Shown one piece after another: positions 28,014 to 39,636 of a stretch of 59,845 bases of DNA. A program made the position numbers and the translations under genes. Numbering within the stretch: the stretch's first letter is position 1; the number at the start of each line of letters is the position of its first letter. Source of the stretch: an uncultured Dehalococcoidia bacterium (GTDB lineage: Bacteria > Chloroflexota > Dehalococcoidia > GIF9 > UBA5629); assembly GCA_903929005.1 (NCBI GenBank), contig CAIYTC010000239.1, positions 1 to 59,845 of the forward strand, written 5' to 3'. A model generated the notes under the pieces. That model ran no database searches. It had not been told where the DNA came from and saw only the letters and a list, made by a program, of their open reading frames with translations.

Positions 28014-28649
28014 ATGGCGAGATATATTGAAGCTTACTGTCGTTTGTGCCGGCGCACCGGCACCAAACTCATGCTGAAAGGCGAAAGGTGCTTTACGGCA
28101 AAATGCGCCCTGGAGCGCAGGAACACGCCCCCGGGTCCGCATTCATCGGGCAAGAAGCGCCGTCCCAAGGTGTCTGAGCGCGGCCTGCAGTTGATGGAAA
28201 AGCAGAAGGCTAAATATACCTACGGCATGTTTGAACGGCAGTTCAGACGCTTCTTTAAAGAGGCTACGAGGATGCAGGGCATCACCGGCGGCATCCTGCT
28301 GGTGTTACTCGAAAGAAGGCTGGATAACGTGGTCTTTCGCCTGGGGTTCGCCGATTCACGCAGCCAGGCCAGGCAGATTGTCCGCCATGGGCATATCAAG
28401 CTTAACGGCCATAGGACCGATGTGCCGTCCTGCCTGGTAAAGGCCGACGATGTGATCGAGTGGCGCAAAGAAAGCACCAGGAGCGAATACTATAAGACAC
28501 TGGTTGAAAAAATCGGGGACAAAGACGTGCCTGCCTGGCTGTCACTTGAAAAGGAAAATATGACCGGTAAAGTTTTATCCATACCGGCTGCCGGCGAGAT
28601 AAGAACAAATTTCAACGAGAAAACAATCGTGGAATTCTATTCCCGATAG
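28014..28649 (+). CDS. rpsD: 30S ribosomal protein S4
   Basis: MARYIEAYCRLCRR.G.KL.LKGERC...RLDNVVFRLGFADSRSQARQIVRHGHI.LNG. Confidence 0.97.
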   Translation: MARYIEAYCRLCRRTGTKLMLKGERCFTAKCALERRNTPPGPHSSGKKRRPKVSERGLQLMEKQKAKYTYGMFERQFRRFFKEATRMQGITGGILLVLLERRLDNVVFRLGFADSRSQARQIVRHGHIKLNGHRTDVPSCLVKADDVIEWRKESTRSEYYKTLVEKIGDKDVPAWLSLEKENMTGKVLSIPAAGEIRTNFNEKTIVEFYSR

Positions 28650-28657
28650 GAGGATTT

Positions 28658-29692
28658 TTGGTTCAAGTAGCTTTACCAAAAATTGAATGCATTGAATACC
28701 AGGATAATTACGGCAAGTTCGTTGCCGAGCCTGTTGAAAAAGGTTTTGGCGTACTTCTTGGTAACAGCATGCGGCGCGTGCTGCTCAGTTCCCTGCGTGG
28801 CGCTGCCATATCTTCCGTCCTGATTGACGGGGTTACGCAGGAATTCAGCACAATCCCCAGTATGAAAGAGGATGTGACAGAGTTCCTGTTAAATGTGCGT
28901 GATATCCGCATCAAACTGCTTTCCAAGACCGCTGAATCCGGCAAAATGACGCTCAATTTTAAAGGCAAGACGGACCTGCACGCCAGCGATATCAGTTCCG
29001 GCAGCCCGTTGGATTTTGAGATAGTCAACCCCGATCTATACCTGGCTACGCTGGATTCAAATGAGACCGCACTGAGTATCGAGTTCACGGTTAAGGTGGA
29101 CAAAGGATACCAGCCGGCCAGCAGCGGCGATAATGTCGGCATAATTGTGACCAGCGAGGGTACCAGTAAGGAAATCTCCATCGATGCTATATTCTCGCCG
29201 GTAACCCGTGTCAACTATGCGATTGAGAGCAGCGGACCGGGACAGGGCGCCGGCAAAGAGAAATTGATACTGGAAATCTGGACCGACAGTACGATTGACC
29301 CCATCGAAGCCATAACTGAAAGTGTGGCTATTTTAATTGAACAGTTTACTTGCTTTACAGGATTGGCCAGGACCATAGCTGCCAAGGAAGAAGCTGAAGC
29401 CTGGCAGAAATCGATTCCAGCAGATGTTTATAATATGCCGCTGGAGAAGCTTAACCTGTCCACTCATACGTACAATAGCCTGCGCCGGGGCGGCATAACC
29501 ATGACAGGACAGTTACTGGAAAAAGGGCTGGATGGCCTGTTGTCGCTGGGCGGGTTTGGAGTGAAATCCAGGGAGGAAGTCGAAGCCGTTTTGAAGCAAT
29601 TCGATGTTGAAATATCCGGCGCCCCGGCTGAAAAAGATAATAAAAAGAAAGGGCGCAGCAAGAAGGCCGGCCCTGAAGGTGATAACGAATGA
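28658..29692 (+). CDS. rpoA: DNA-directed RNA polymerase subunit alpha
   Basis: TTG start. [34 protein letters not shown] is the [22 protein letters not shown] is the CTD HhH. There is a short basic/acidic tail. Confidence 0.96.
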   Translation: MVQVALPKIECIEYQDNYGKFVAEPVEKGFGVLLGNSMRRVLLSSLRGAAISSVLIDGVTQEFSTIPSMKEDVTEFLLNVRDIRIKLLSKTAESGKMTLNFKGKTDLHASDISSGSPLDFEIVNPDLYLATLDSNETALSIEFTVKVDKGYQPASSGDNVGIIVTSEGTSKEISIDAIFSPVTRVNYAIESSGPGQGAGKEKLILEIWTDSTIDPIEAITESVAILIEQFTCFTGLARTIAAKEEAEAWQKSIPADVYNMPLEKLNLSTHTYNSLRRGGITMTGQLLEKGLDGLLSLGGFGVKSREEVEAVLKQFDVEISGAPAEKDNKKKGRSKKAGPEGDNE

Positions 29693-30042
29693 GACATAAG
29701 CTTTCCGGGAGAAAATTAGGAAGGCCAGCCGCGCACCGCTGGTCTATGTATCGTAATTTGGTCACAGATCTGCTCAACTACGGGAAGATCACGACCACTC
29801 TGCCCAAGGCCAAGGAAGCCAGGGGACTGGCAGATAAGATGATTACCCTCGGGAAAGAAGGCAGCCTGGCCTCGCGCAGGCGAGCGCTGGCCTTTATCTT
29901 CGACGAGAAGGTCGTCGATAAGGTATTCACAGTGTACGCACCAAGATATAAATCACGCCCGGGCGGGTATACCAGGGTATTGAAGCTGGGTTCCCGTGAA
30001 GGCGATAGGGCGCCGATGGCGCTCATCGAGATGGTGGAGTAG
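29689..30042 (+). CDS. rplQ: 50S ribosomal protein L17
   Basis: [40 protein letters not shown]......RPGGYTR.LK.G.R.GD. Confidence 0.97.
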   Translation: MRHKLSGRKLGRPAAHRWSMYRNLVTDLLNYGKITTTLPKAKEARGLADKMITLGKEGSLASRRRALAFIFDEKVVDKVFTVYAPRYKSRPGGYTRVLKLGSREGDRAPMALIEMVE

Positions 30043-30056
30043 GTTTTACTTCCGCT

Positions 30057-30848
30057 GTGGAGCTCTTTAATAATTTTATAAAAATCGTTCTCGTAGTCGA
30101 ATATAACGGTAAGCGTTATTGCGGCTTTCAGTGGCAGAAAGGATTGCCCACGATCCAAGATGAACTGGAGAAGGCTATCCATAAGCTGACCGGGGAAAAC
30201 CGGCGCGTGGTAGCCGCCTGCAGGACCGATGCGGGGGTACACGCTGAAGGACAGGTTACCAGCTTCTGGACGGACTCTGCCCTGCTACCACAGAAGTTCG
30301 TCAGTGGATTGAACCACTACCTGCCGGAAGATATTGCGATAGTTAAGGCCGGGGTGGCCGGCGAAAAATTTAATGTGATGAAGGATGCCGTGAGCAGGGG
30401 ATACCGCTACCAGATTTTAAATAGAAGGACACGGGCATCCCTCGGAAATGATACATATTGCCAGGTAGTAGCGGAACTGGACGCGGAGCTTATGAATGCA
30501 GCCAGCAAATTGCTCATCGGCGAGCACGATTTTGCTTCTTTTGTCACCGATTGGGACAGGGAAGAAAGCACTGTCCGCCGTATTTATGACGCGGGTGTAG
30601 AGAGAGACGGCGAGAAAGTGGCCTTTCACGTTACAGCTAAATCTTTCCTGACACACCAAGTACGCAATATGATAGGCGCCCTGATAAGGGTGGGAACGGG
30701 TAAAATTGGATTTGAGGAGTTTAGAAATATATTAGAAACGAAAAAACTGAGCCTGGCCGGGCCAACGGCGCCGGCGCATGGCCTTTGCCTTATGAAGGTT
30801 ATTTACGTAGATAATTCGGAGTTTAAATATGAAAACCTATGCGCCTAA
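30057..30848 (+). CDS. truA: tRNA pseudouridine(38-40) synthase TruA
   Basis: GTG start. [14 protein letters not shown]...[14 protein letters not shown] (catalytic Asp)...[12 protein letters not shown]. Confidence 0.93.
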   Translation: MELFNNFIKIVLVVEYNGKRYCGFQWQKGLPTIQDELEKAIHKLTGENRRVVAACRTDAGVHAEGQVTSFWTDSALLPQKFVSGLNHYLPEDIAIVKAGVAGEKFNVMKDAVSRGYRYQILNRRTRASLGNDTYCQVVAELDAELMNAASKLLIGEHDFASFVTDWDREESTVRRIYDAGVERDGEKVAFHVTAKSFLTHQVRNMIGALIRVGTGKIGFEEFRNILETKKLSLAGPTAPAHGLCLMKVIYVDNSEFKYENLCA

Positions 30849-31278
30849 AGCAAGTGAAATCGAAAGAAAGTGGCATCTGATCGATGCCAGCGGACAGACC
30901 CTGGGCAGAATGTCGTCGCAGATCGCCAGGCTGCTCATCGGCAAGCATAAGGCCATGTTTGCCAACAACATGGATACAGGTGATTTTGTGGTGGTCATCA
31001 ACGCTACCAAAATAAGGGTCACCGGTAAAAAGATGACCGACAAGCACTATTACAGGGTTTCGGGTTACCCGGGCGGCATCCGCTCTGTGACCCTGGGTGA
31101 GATGCTTGAAAAGCATCCCGAGCGTGTTATAGAGCACGCCGTACGGGGCATGCTGCCCAACAGCAGGCTGGGCAGGGTAATGTATAAAAAATTGAAGGTC
31201 TATGCCGGCGATAAGCATCCTCACCAGGCGCAGTTAGCCGGTTTAAAAGAATCTGACCAGGGGAGCTCTGACAAATGA
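30829..31278 (+). CDS. rplM: 50S ribosomal protein L13
   Basis: [39 protein letters not shown]......[10 protein letters not shown]. Confidence 0.97.
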   Translation: MKTYAPKASEIERKWHLIDASGQTLGRMSSQIARLLIGKHKAMFANNMDTGDFVVVINATKIRVTGKKMTDKHYYRVSGYPGGIRSVTLGEMLEKHPERVIEHAVRGMLPNSRLGRVMYKKLKVYAGDKHPHQAQLAGLKESDQGSSDK

Positions 31279-31670
31279 GTACGGCAACTTATCATCGAGG
31301 CACAGGCAGAAGAAAATGCGCCATTGCGCAGGTGAAACTATCTTCGGGATCCGGCCAGATCACCATCAACGGGAAGGACTATCAGCAGCTTTTCCCGCTG
31401 ATTGATCACAGGCGTATGATCGAGCAGGCTTTCATAGTCACCGACACCGTCGGCAAGTACAACGTTGTGGTCAAGGTAGTCGGCGGCGGCATGACCGGTC
31501 AGGCCGGCGCTATCAAGCACGGTATAGCCCGCGCCCTGGTGGATGTAAATGAGAGCTTCAAAGGACCGCTGCGCCAGCACGGTTTGCTGACGCGTGATTC
31601 GAGGATCAAGGAACGCAAGAAATACGGCCTCAAGCGCGCCCGCAAAGCCCCGCAGTACACCAAGCGTTAG
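31275..31670 (+). CDS. rpsI: 30S ribosomal protein S9
   Basis: GTGRRK.AIAQV.L..GSG.I.ING......GGG..GQAGAI.HGIARAL...[24 protein letters not shown]. Confidence 0.97.
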   Translation: MSTATYHRGTGRRKCAIAQVKLSSGSGQITINGKDYQQLFPLIDHRRMIEQAFIVTDTVGKYNVVVKVVGGGMTGQAGAIKHGIARALVDVNESFKGPLRQHGLLTRDSRIKERKKYGLKRARKAPQYTKR

Positions 31671-31688
31671 TATTTGTTCGTAATAGAT

Positions 31689-31730
31689 AAGGGGGGCCCG
31701 CTTCGTAAGGAGCGGGCCCCCCTTTATTGT
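31689..31730. terminator. strong GC-rich hairpin terminator closing the ribosomal super-operon (possibly bidirectional)
   Basis: AAGGGGGGCCCGCT (31689-31702), loop TCGTAAGG, AGCGGGCCCCCCTT (31711-31724): a 14-bp perfect stem followed by TATTGT. It sits between the convergent rpsI and PGI/PMI genes. Confidence 0.8.
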
Positions 31731-31740
31731 ATTGACCGTT

Positions 31741-32805
31741 CTATTTCGCTTCGGCCAGCCGTTGCTTGAGCAGGTCGATCTCGGGCACGGGGCTGGGGTC
31801 GATGCCGTTAAGCACGGCCATGTAGTAGCTGACCCAGTCGCCCAGCAGCACCAGGCTCATGACGTGCTTGAGGTCGTTGCCGCCCTGGCTATCCACGTAC
31901 TGAAAGGGTATCTGGTTCTGCTCTAATAACTCGCCGGTGACCTTGTAGCGGATGAGGGTTCGGGCATGCAGGGACTGGCAGCGCAGCAAGAGGACATAAA
32001 CGCGGTCGGCTGTGCCTGTGGGATAGCGGTAGCCGAGCACAGCGTTATGGTTGAGCTCGGGCAGGGTCTCGAAGAAGGCCCACTGCTTGCTGTTTTCGTT
32101 TATCTGGGTCTTCCACCTGCGGGCGACGTCGGTGAGTATGCCCGCGCCGTAAATGACCACGATCTTGCCGTAGAGCCGGGCGGCCAGCATCTTGGCCTGG
32201 TTGTGGTCCTGCGATGAATCCTCCTGCCAGCTCTGGCATATCATCTTGAGCGCGGACACCATGCCGTCCACCTCCGCCGCTTCACCGCTGATGAAACCCA
32301 AATTTTGCATAATGGCCAGCAGGGGCAGCAAACTGTAGCCCAGCGCGGCGCGCGGCGGGGAAACATGCTCTATAACGAAAACGGGCACACCGTTCTGGCG
32401 GGCGAGTTCGGTCAACTGGCCCCCGGTGGATATGACCAGCCTTTTACAGTTATTTTTGAGCGCCTGTGTGAAACCGGAGAGAGTCTCTTCGGTGTTGCCG
32501 GAATAACTGGCGGCGATGACCAGCGTCTTTTCGTCCACCCAGGCGGGGAGGTTGTATTCGCGCTGCACCATCACGAGGGGACGGGACAAAGAGGCGGTCA
32601 GTCCCCTGAGGAGGTCCCCGCCGATGGCCGAGCCGCCCAGTCCGAGTATCACCACCTTGTCAACCTGCGAGTAATCGGCTGGCAGCTTCAACAGGGAAGC
32701 CTTGTCCCAGGCCTGGCGACATTGTTCGGGCAGGCCGCGTATCTGCGACCCCATGCCGGATTTATCTAATGCAGCGTAAACAGCTTGGTCGTCCAAGTTC
32801 AACAT
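31741..32805 (-). CDS. bifunctional phosphoglucose/phosphomannose isomerase (SIS-domain, archaeal-type PGI/PMI)
   Basis: VVILGLGGSAIGGDLLRG and ASYSGNTEETL SIS motifs. Size is 354 aa, typical of the PGI/PMI family. Confidence 0.8.
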   Translation of the reverse strand: MLNLDDQAVYAALDKSGMGSQIRGLPEQCRQAWDKASLLKLPADYSQVDKVVILGLGGSAIGGDLLRGLTASLSRPLVMVQREYNLPAWVDEKTLVIAASYSGNTEETLSGFTQALKNNCKRLVISTGGQLTELARQNGVPVFVIEHVSPPRAALGYSLLPLLAIMQNLGFISGEAAEVDGMVSALKMICQSWQEDSSQDHNQAKMLAARLYGKIVVIYGAGILTDVARRWKTQINENSKQWAFFETLPELNHNAVLGYRYPTGTADRVYVLLLRCQSLHARTLIRYKVTGELLEQNQIPFQYVDSQGGNDLKHVMSLVLLGDWVSYYMAVLNGIDPSPVPEIDLLKQRLAEAK

Positions 32806-32808
32806 AGC

Positions 32809-34233
32809 TCATACCCCCACCATTTCCTGGCCGTATTGTATCAGTTTTTGCACTTCTTTGGGGCTACCGCACTCGGCGTAGATGCGCACCAGAGGCTCGG
32901 TGCCGGAAAAGCGCACCAGCAGCCAGGACCCGTCTTCCAGCTTGTAGCGGAAGCCGTCGCGGGTATCCAGCCTGACCACTTTCTGCCCGCCGACCCTCTC
33001 CACGTTGGCGGAAGATATACGGGACAGCATATGCAGCTTGCTCTCCTCGCTGGTTTGTATATCGAGCCGGTCGTAATAATGCGGGCCGACTTTCTTGAAC
33101 AGGTCGGCCAGGAGCTGCGAGGGCGTCTTGCCGGTGTGGGTGAGGTAATCGATGATATAAAGTCCGGCCAGCATGCCGTCGCGCTCGGGTATGTGGCCGC
33201 GGAAGCCGTAGCCGCCGCTCTCCTCCCCTCCCAGCAGCGCCCTCTCGCGCAGCATGACGGGCGCGACATACTTGAACCCTACCTCGGTCTCAAAAACGGG
33301 CACGTTGTAAAGCTCGCCTATGGTGAAGAGCATGTCGGTGGAAGTGAGGGTCTTGACCAGCCCGCCGCGCTCCTGGCGCACGTCCAGCAGGTACATGGCC
33401 AGCAGGGCAAAGACCTCCTGGGTGGTCATGAAGAGGCCGTTCTCGTCCATGATGCCGATGCGGTCGGCGTCGCCGTCGGTGGCGAAACCCACGTTGGCGC
33501 CGTCCCGGATAACCTGCCGCGCCAGCTTGCCCAGGTTCTTGCTGATGGGCTCGGGCTGTATGCCCGGAAAAAGCGGGTTGCGGACACGGTTAATCTCGTG
33601 CACCTCGAGCTTACCGCCCTCCAGCAGTCTCTTGAAATAACCGATGCCCGCGCCGAACATGGAATCAACCACGAGCTTGAAAGGCTGCCGCTTGAGCGAT
33701 TCGATGTTTATCAGAGTGTTGAGGTGCTTCTCATAGGCATGAAAGGGGTCATGGTAGCTGACCAGCTTCTTTTTGAGTGCGTCGTCGAGGTTGAGCCTCC
33801 TGATCTTTCCCGTCCCTGCCGCTGCATTGGCGTTTTTCTCGATCTCAGTGATGATATCGGTGGGCGCGCTGCAGCCGCTATCGGTCTTGTACTTGAAGCC
33901 GTTGTACTCGCCCGGGTTGTGGCTGGCGGTTATCATGATGGCGCCATCGGCCTTGAGGGCGGTGACCGTGTAGCTGGTGACCGGTGTGGGAGCAGGCCTG
34001 GGGAAGAGGAAAGCCTGTATGCCGTTGCCGGCCAGCACCTCGGCCGAAGCCGCGGCGAAAGCCTCGGAGGCGAAGCGGGTGTCGTAGCCGATGACAACCC
34101 CGCCTTTGCCCCGGCCAACCCCTTGCAGGTAATCGGCCACGCCCTGGGCGCAGGCGCGCACGTTGGCAAAGGTGAAATCCTCGGCGATGACGGCGCGCCA
34201 GCCGTCGGTGCCGAATTTAATTATGGCTGGCAT
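32809..34233 (-). CDS. phosphomannomutase/phosphoglucomutase
   Basis: TASHNPGEYNGFK phosphoserine loop, GFATDGDADR Mg site and GGEESGG sugar-binding loop. Confidence 0.92.
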   Translation of the reverse strand: MPAIIKFGTDGWRAVIAEDFTFANVRACAQGVADYLQGVGRGKGGVVIGYDTRFASEAFAAASAEVLAGNGIQAFLFPRPAPTPVTSYTVTALKADGAIMITASHNPGEYNGFKYKTDSGCSAPTDIITEIEKNANAAAGTGKIRRLNLDDALKKKLVSYHDPFHAYEKHLNTLINIESLKRQPFKLVVDSMFGAGIGYFKRLLEGGKLEVHEINRVRNPLFPGIQPEPISKNLGKLARQVIRDGANVGFATDGDADRIGIMDENGLFMTTQEVFALLAMYLLDVRQERGGLVKTLTSTDMLFTIGELYNVPVFETEVGFKYVAPVMLRERALLGGEESGGYGFRGHIPERDGMLAGLYIIDYLTHTGKTPSQLLADLFKKVGPHYYDRLDIQTSEESKLHMLSRISSANVERVGGQKVVRLDTRDGFRYKLEDGSWLLVRFSGTEPLVRIYAECGSPKEVQKLIQYGQEMVGV

Positions 34234-34236
34234 CTG

Positions 34237-35448
34237 CTATATCCCGGCTTCCGCCTTCAAGATCTTAGCTTTGTCGGTCTTCTCCCAGGGGAATTTAACG
34301 TCCGTGCGTCCGAAATGGCCGTACGAGGCAGTGGCCTGGTAGATGGGACGGCGCAGGTCGAAATACCTGATGATGGCCTCGGGCCGCATGTCGAAATGCT
34401 TGTGGATGAGCTTGAGTATCACGGCATCGGATATCCTGCCGGTGCCGAAGGTCTCGATGGAGACGGAGAGCGGGTGCGCCACGCCGATGGAGTAGGCCAC
34501 CTGCAGCTCCAGCTTGTCGGCCAGGCCGGCGGCCACGCAGTTCTTGGCGATGTAGCGCGCCATGTAGGTGGCGGAGCGGTCAACCTTGGTGGGATCCTTG
34601 CCGGAGAAGGCGCCGCCGCCGTGACGGGCATAGCCGCCGTAGGTATCAACCAGCAGCTTGCGGCCGGTGAAGCCGGTATCGGAAACGGGGCCGCCAACCT
34701 CGAAGCGACCCGCGCTATTGACGTATATTTTGGTGTTCTTATCCATCATGTCGGCCGGTATGACCGGCTTGATGACCTTCTGGATTATATCGTGGCGGAT
34801 GGTATCATTATCGGGCGCGGGGTCATGGTGGGCGCCGATGACGATAGCCTCGATCCTTTTTGGTATGCCGTAGCTGTACTCCACGGTGACCTGCGATTTG
34901 CCGTCCGGGCGCAGGTAAGGGATGATGCTCTTCTTGCGCGCCTCGGCCAGGCGCAGGGTCAGCTTGTGGGCCAGGGCGATAGGCAGCGGCATAAGCTCCG
35001 CGGTCTCATTGCAGGCATAGCCGAACATCATACCCTGGTCGCCCGCGCCGGTCAGGTCGAGCTCGTCCACCTTCTGGCCCCTGGCGCGCACCTCCAGAGC
35101 CTTGCTGACGCCGGCATTGATATTTGGCGACTGCTTCTTGATGGAGACGATAGTGGCCAGGCTCTGGTAATCGAACTGGAAAGCGGGATCGGTGTAGCCG
35201 ATATCTTTCACTATCCTGCGCACAACATCGGGTATCTCCACGTAGGTTTTGGTGGTTATCTCGCCCAGCACGATGACCAGGCCGATGGTGACGGCCACCT
35301 CGCAGGCCACCCTGGATTTGGGGTCGCCCTTGATCATGGCATCGAGTATGCCATCGGCCACCTGGTCGCACAGCTTGTCGGGATGCCCCTCGGTGACCGA
35401 TTCCGAGGTAAAGAAATACTTGGGTGAACGCATAAAAGTGTTTTTCAT
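34237..35448 (-). CDS. metK: S-adenosylmethionine synthase
   Basis: [41 protein letters not shown]. Start is set at ATG 35448 (AAGGAG 5 nt upstream); the track start 35508 would overlap the ahcY 3' end. Confidence 0.95.
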   Translation of the reverse strand: MKNTFMRSPKYFFTSESVTEGHPDKLCDQVADGILDAMIKGDPKSRVACEVAVTIGLVIVLGEITTKTYVEIPDVVRRIVKDIGYTDPAFQFDYQSLATIVSIKKQSPNINAGVSKALEVRARGQKVDELDLTGAGDQGMMFGYACNETAELMPLPIALAHKLTLRLAEARKKSIIPYLRPDGKSQVTVEYSYGIPKRIEAIVIGAHHDPAPDNDTIRHDIIQKVIKPVIPADMMDKNTKIYVNSAGRFEVGGPVSDTGFTGRKLLVDTYGGYARHGGGAFSGKDPTKVDRSATYMARYIAKNCVAAGLADKLELQVAYSIGVAHPLSVSIETFGTGRISDAVILKLIHKHFDMRPEAIIRYFDLRRPIYQATASYGHFGRTDVKFPWEKTDKAKILKAEAGI

Positions 35449-35464
35449 TTCCGCTCCTTGTGGT

Positions 35465-36754
<1,290 letters not shown>

Positions 36755-36776
36755 TTACCTGTTGTAAGAGGTATTT

Positions 36777-36785
36777 ATTATAACA
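36777..36785 (-). promoter_or_regulatory. extended -10 promoter element for ahcY-metK
   Basis: Minus strand reads TGTTATAAT (TG at 36785-36784, TATAAT at 36782-36777). No good -35. The ATG at 36718 lies about 58 nt downstream of the -10, with a GAGAGGA SD. Confidence 0.4.
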
Positions 36786-36831
36786 GAATGTCCTGCAAAG
36801 CATGCAACCACCCTACCAGACTATTGCTTTT

Positions 36832-36859
36832 TTGGCGCCATTAATCAGGGTGATATAAT
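36832..36859 (+). promoter_or_regulatory. sigma70-like promoter for the PfkB kinase gene
   Basis: TTGGCG (36832-36837), 16 nt spacer, TATAAT (36854-36859) with an extended -10 TGa at 36851-36853. Confidence 0.5.
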
Positions 36860-36880
36860 TAAGGGTGATTTCAAGGTAAT

Positions 36881-37822
36881 ATGAAGAGGCTTATGAATAT
36901 AAAAATCATTGTCTGCGGGTCACTGGCATACGATAGAATTATGGTTTTCCCGGGATACTTTGCCGACCATATTCTCCCCGAAAAGATACATGTATTAAAT
37001 GTCTGTTTCCAGGTGGATGGAATTAAGGAGAGATTTGGCGGCACGGCAGGCAATATTGCCTACGCACTTACTCTCATGGGGGAAAATCCCTTAGTCTCTG
37101 CTACGATTGGCCAGGATTATCAGGGATACTTCACCTGGCTCACGGATAATGGCATATCCACCGAAAATATTAAAATAATCGAGAACGAATTTACAGCCAG
37201 CGCCTACATAACCACAGACCGGGCTGATAACCAGATTACCGGGTTCAACCCCGGCGCTATGAAATACTCTTCCTCTCTGGATTTCGACAAACTCAATCCA
37301 AAAGAGACCATCGTTATCGTCTCTCCCGGCAATCTTGAGAACATGCTGAATTACCCGGGTGTCTGTAAAGCCAGGGGAATCGATTATATCTTTGACCCCG
37401 GGCAAGCGCTGCCGGTGTTAAAGGCTAATGAGTTGATCCAAACTATACAAGGGTGCCGGATTCTGATCTGCAATGATTATGAATTGGATCTCATCACAAG
37501 TATGACAGGGTTAAAAAAAGAAGCCTTGATGAGGCTGGCCGGAACCATTATTACCACCAGGGGAGAACTGGGTTCCATAATCTCCACACCGGATGCTGAA
37601 ATAAACATTCCGGCTGTTAAACCAAAGATAGTGGTGGACCCAACCGGCGCGGGCGATGCATATAGGGGCGGGCTGATCAGTGGTCTGGTCCGGGGCCAGA
37701 GCATCGAGCATTGCGCGCGGTTGGGCAGCGTCTGCGCTTCCTTTGCTGTAGAGTGCTGCGGTACTCAGGACTACAGGTTCAGCCCTGAGGAATTCAGTGA
37801 GAGGCTTAACAGAGGTTACTGA
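36881..37822 (+). CDS. PfkB-family carbohydrate/nucleoside kinase (adenosine kinase suspected from context)
   Basis: GSLAYD...GGTAGNIAYAL and DPTGAGDAYRGG are the PfkB signature motifs. It is divergent from ahcY-metK. The alternative start is ATG 36893. Confidence 0.8.
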   Translation: MKRLMNIKIIVCGSLAYDRIMVFPGYFADHILPEKIHVLNVCFQVDGIKERFGGTAGNIAYALTLMGENPLVSATIGQDYQGYFTWLTDNGISTENIKIIENEFTASAYITTDRADNQITGFNPGAMKYSSSLDFDKLNPKETIVIVSPGNLENMLNYPGVCKARGIDYIFDPGQALPVLKANELIQTIQGCRILICNDYELDLITSMTGLKKEALMRLAGTIITTRGELGSIISTPDAEINIPAVKPKIVVDPTGAGDAYRGGLISGLVRGQSIEHCARLGSVCASFAVECCGTQDYRFSPEEFSERLNRGY

Positions 37823-37913
37823 GAAAACCCCGTCGTAAATCCTGTGGCACTGCGCAAGGTGATTACACTGCAGCGCCCACCATGACACGCTTCCAGGCTT
37901 TTGAAGATTCCTA

Positions 37914-38699
37914 TTAAGATGGCGGAGCTTCCAGGGTTAGGTTGCCGTTTGCCAGAGTATCCATCCACTCGATAGATTTGAGCTGCTTTTCCAGTATATA
38001 GCGGATGTTTTCACGCATCAGTCCCTTGATTTCCCCGGTCAGCTCTGTGCTCAGTTTGACCCGGCTGGCCGTGGCAAAATCGCAGCGCAACCAGAAGCGC
38101 AGCACCTTGAGTGCGTTGATGGAGATGGTCCTGGCGCCCATATCGGGGTAGCCGCAATTACGGCAGAGCGCACCACCCTGCGCCGGGCTGAAGTAGTTAA
38201 CTTCAGGCAGCAGCAGCTTGCCGCAGTTGGCGCATTTCTGCAGTTGTGGCCGGTAGCCGAGATGGCTGAGCAGGCGCAGTTCAAAATAACGCAGGATGCG
38301 TTCACCGTCCTTTGCCTCAGCCAGCTCCAGCAGCGTATTGAGGAAGAGGTCAAACAGCTCCCTGTCAGCGACGTTTTCCTCGGTAAAGGTGTCCACCAGT
38401 TCCGAGAGGTAAAAACCGCAGGACATTAGTTCGAGGCTGTCCCTGATGGGTAAAAAGTTGTCGATGGCCTGTGCCTGTGTGATGATATCGAGGTTGCGGC
38501 CGCGTGCCAGCATCATCTGGCTGTGGGTTAGTAGCTCAACGTGGCCACCCAACTTGCTGCCCGGCCGCATGGCGCCCTTGGCGATGGCCCTGACTTTTCC
38601 GCAGTCCGAGGTGAAAAGGGTAAGCAGGCGGTCGGCTTCGCCGAATTTGTGCCGCTTGATAATGATACCTGCAGTTTGATAGACCCGTGATGAGGTCAT
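37914..38699 (-). CDS. recO: DNA repair protein RecO
   Basis: YQTAGIIIKRHKFGEADRLLTLFT..CGKVRAIAKGA is the OB fold. Zn module is CANCGK...CRNCG. Confidence 0.9.
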   Translation of the reverse strand: MTSSRVYQTAGIIIKRHKFGEADRLLTLFTSDCGKVRAIAKGAMRPGSKLGGHVELLTHSQMMLARGRNLDIITQAQAIDNFLPIRDSLELMSCGFYLSELVDTFTEENVADRELFDLFLNTLLELAEAKDGERILRYFELRLLSHLGYRPQLQKCANCGKLLLPEVNYFSPAQGGALCRNCGYPDMGARTISINALKVLRFWLRCDFATASRVKLSTELTGEIKGLMRENIRYILEKQLKSIEWMDTLANGNLTLEAPPS

Positions 38700-38706
38700 G
38701 GGGACG

Positions 38707-39321
38707 TTAATACATCTCCTGCCGGCCCTCGAGGGCGCGGCTGAGTGTCACATCGTCGGCATACTCCAAGTCGCCGCCGAAGGGCAGCCCGCGGGCCAAC
38801 CTGGTGACCCGTATACCCAGTGGGGAGATAAGACGCTGGATATACATAGAAGTGGCTTCCCCCTCCACGTTGGGGTTGGTGGCCAGTATGACCTCCGTTA
38901 CAGCAGCGCTGCCGAGGCGGACCAGCAGATCCCTGATGCGCAGGTCTTCAGGCTTGATGCCATCGCTGGGTGAAATGACGCCGTGCAGCACGTGGTAAAG
39001 GCCGCGGAATTTCCTGGTTCTTTCCAGCGGTATGATGTCAATCGGCTCCTCTACCACGCAGACTTTCGTTCTGTCCCGCGTCGCATCGCTGCAGATGCCG
39101 CAGGGGTCGGAGTCGGTAATATTGAGGCAGACCGAGCACAGATGGAGGTTCTGCTTAAGGGCAATTATGGCCTCGGCCAGGTCGCGGGATTTCTCGGGGG
39201 TGGCCTGCAGCAAATGGTAGGTAAGGCGTTGAGCGGTCTTGAGCCCGACCCCGGGGAGTTTGTTGAACTCTTCGATGAGCCTTGAAATGGGCCTGGCGGT
39301 GGTGAAGAAATCGGGGTTCAA
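38707..39321 (-). CDS. recR: recombination protein RecR
   Basis: LIEEFNKLPGVGLKTAQRL (HhH), CSVCLNITDSDPCGIC Zn finger, Toprim VCVVEEPIDIIPLE and ATNPNVEGEATS. Confidence 0.95.
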   Translation of the reverse strand: MNPDFFTTARPISRLIEEFNKLPGVGLKTAQRLTYHLLQATPEKSRDLAEAIIALKQNLHLCSVCLNITDSDPCGICSDATRDRTKVCVVEEPIDIIPLERTRKFRGLYHVLHGVISPSDGIKPEDLRIRDLLVRLGSAAVTEVILATNPNVEGEATSMYIQRLISPLGIRVTRLARGLPFGGDLEYADDVTLSRALEGRQEMY

Positions 39322-39330
39322 ACATCCATC

Positions 39331-39636
39331 CTAAAACAAGCCCGGTATCTTAATCCCACCCGTCAGTTTGCTCATATTTTGAGCAGCCATCTCTTGCGAT
39401 TTCTGCACGGCCTCATTGCAGGCTGCCAGTACCAGGTCCTGCAGGAAATCCACGTCCCCGGGGGTGACGACCTCGGGAGAAATGGTGATCGACTGAAACT
39501 GCTGATGGCCGTTGATGACTATTTTAATAGCGCCGCCCCCTGCGGTCACTTCCACATTTGTATTTCCCAGCTCTTCTTGGGCTTTGACCAGCTTGGCCTG
39601 CAGCTCCTGTATCTGGCGCAGGTTAAATTGGCTCAT
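39331..39636 (-). CDS. ybaB: YbaB/EbfC family nucleoid-associated protein
   Basis: QIQELQAKLVKAQEELGNTNVEVTAGGGAIKIVINGHQQFQSITISPEV. Position between dnaX and recR fits. Confidence 0.92.
   Translation of the reverse strand: MSQFNLRQIQELQAKLVKAQEELGNTNVEVTAGGGAIKIVINGHQQFQSITISPEVVTPGDVDFLQDLVLAACNEAVQKSQEMAAQNMSKLTGGIKIPGLF

Noticed and set aside
32785-35427. 880-aa plus-strand ORF, the longest in the track, spanning the region opposite phosphomannomutase and metK.
   Set aside because: Its translation is low-complexity Gly/Ala/Val/Leu/His-rich with no recognisable motifs. The opposite strand encodes two proteins with textbook motifs (TASHNPGEYNGFK; GHPDK/GAGDQG). This is a typical antisense shadow ORF in GC-rich coding DNA.
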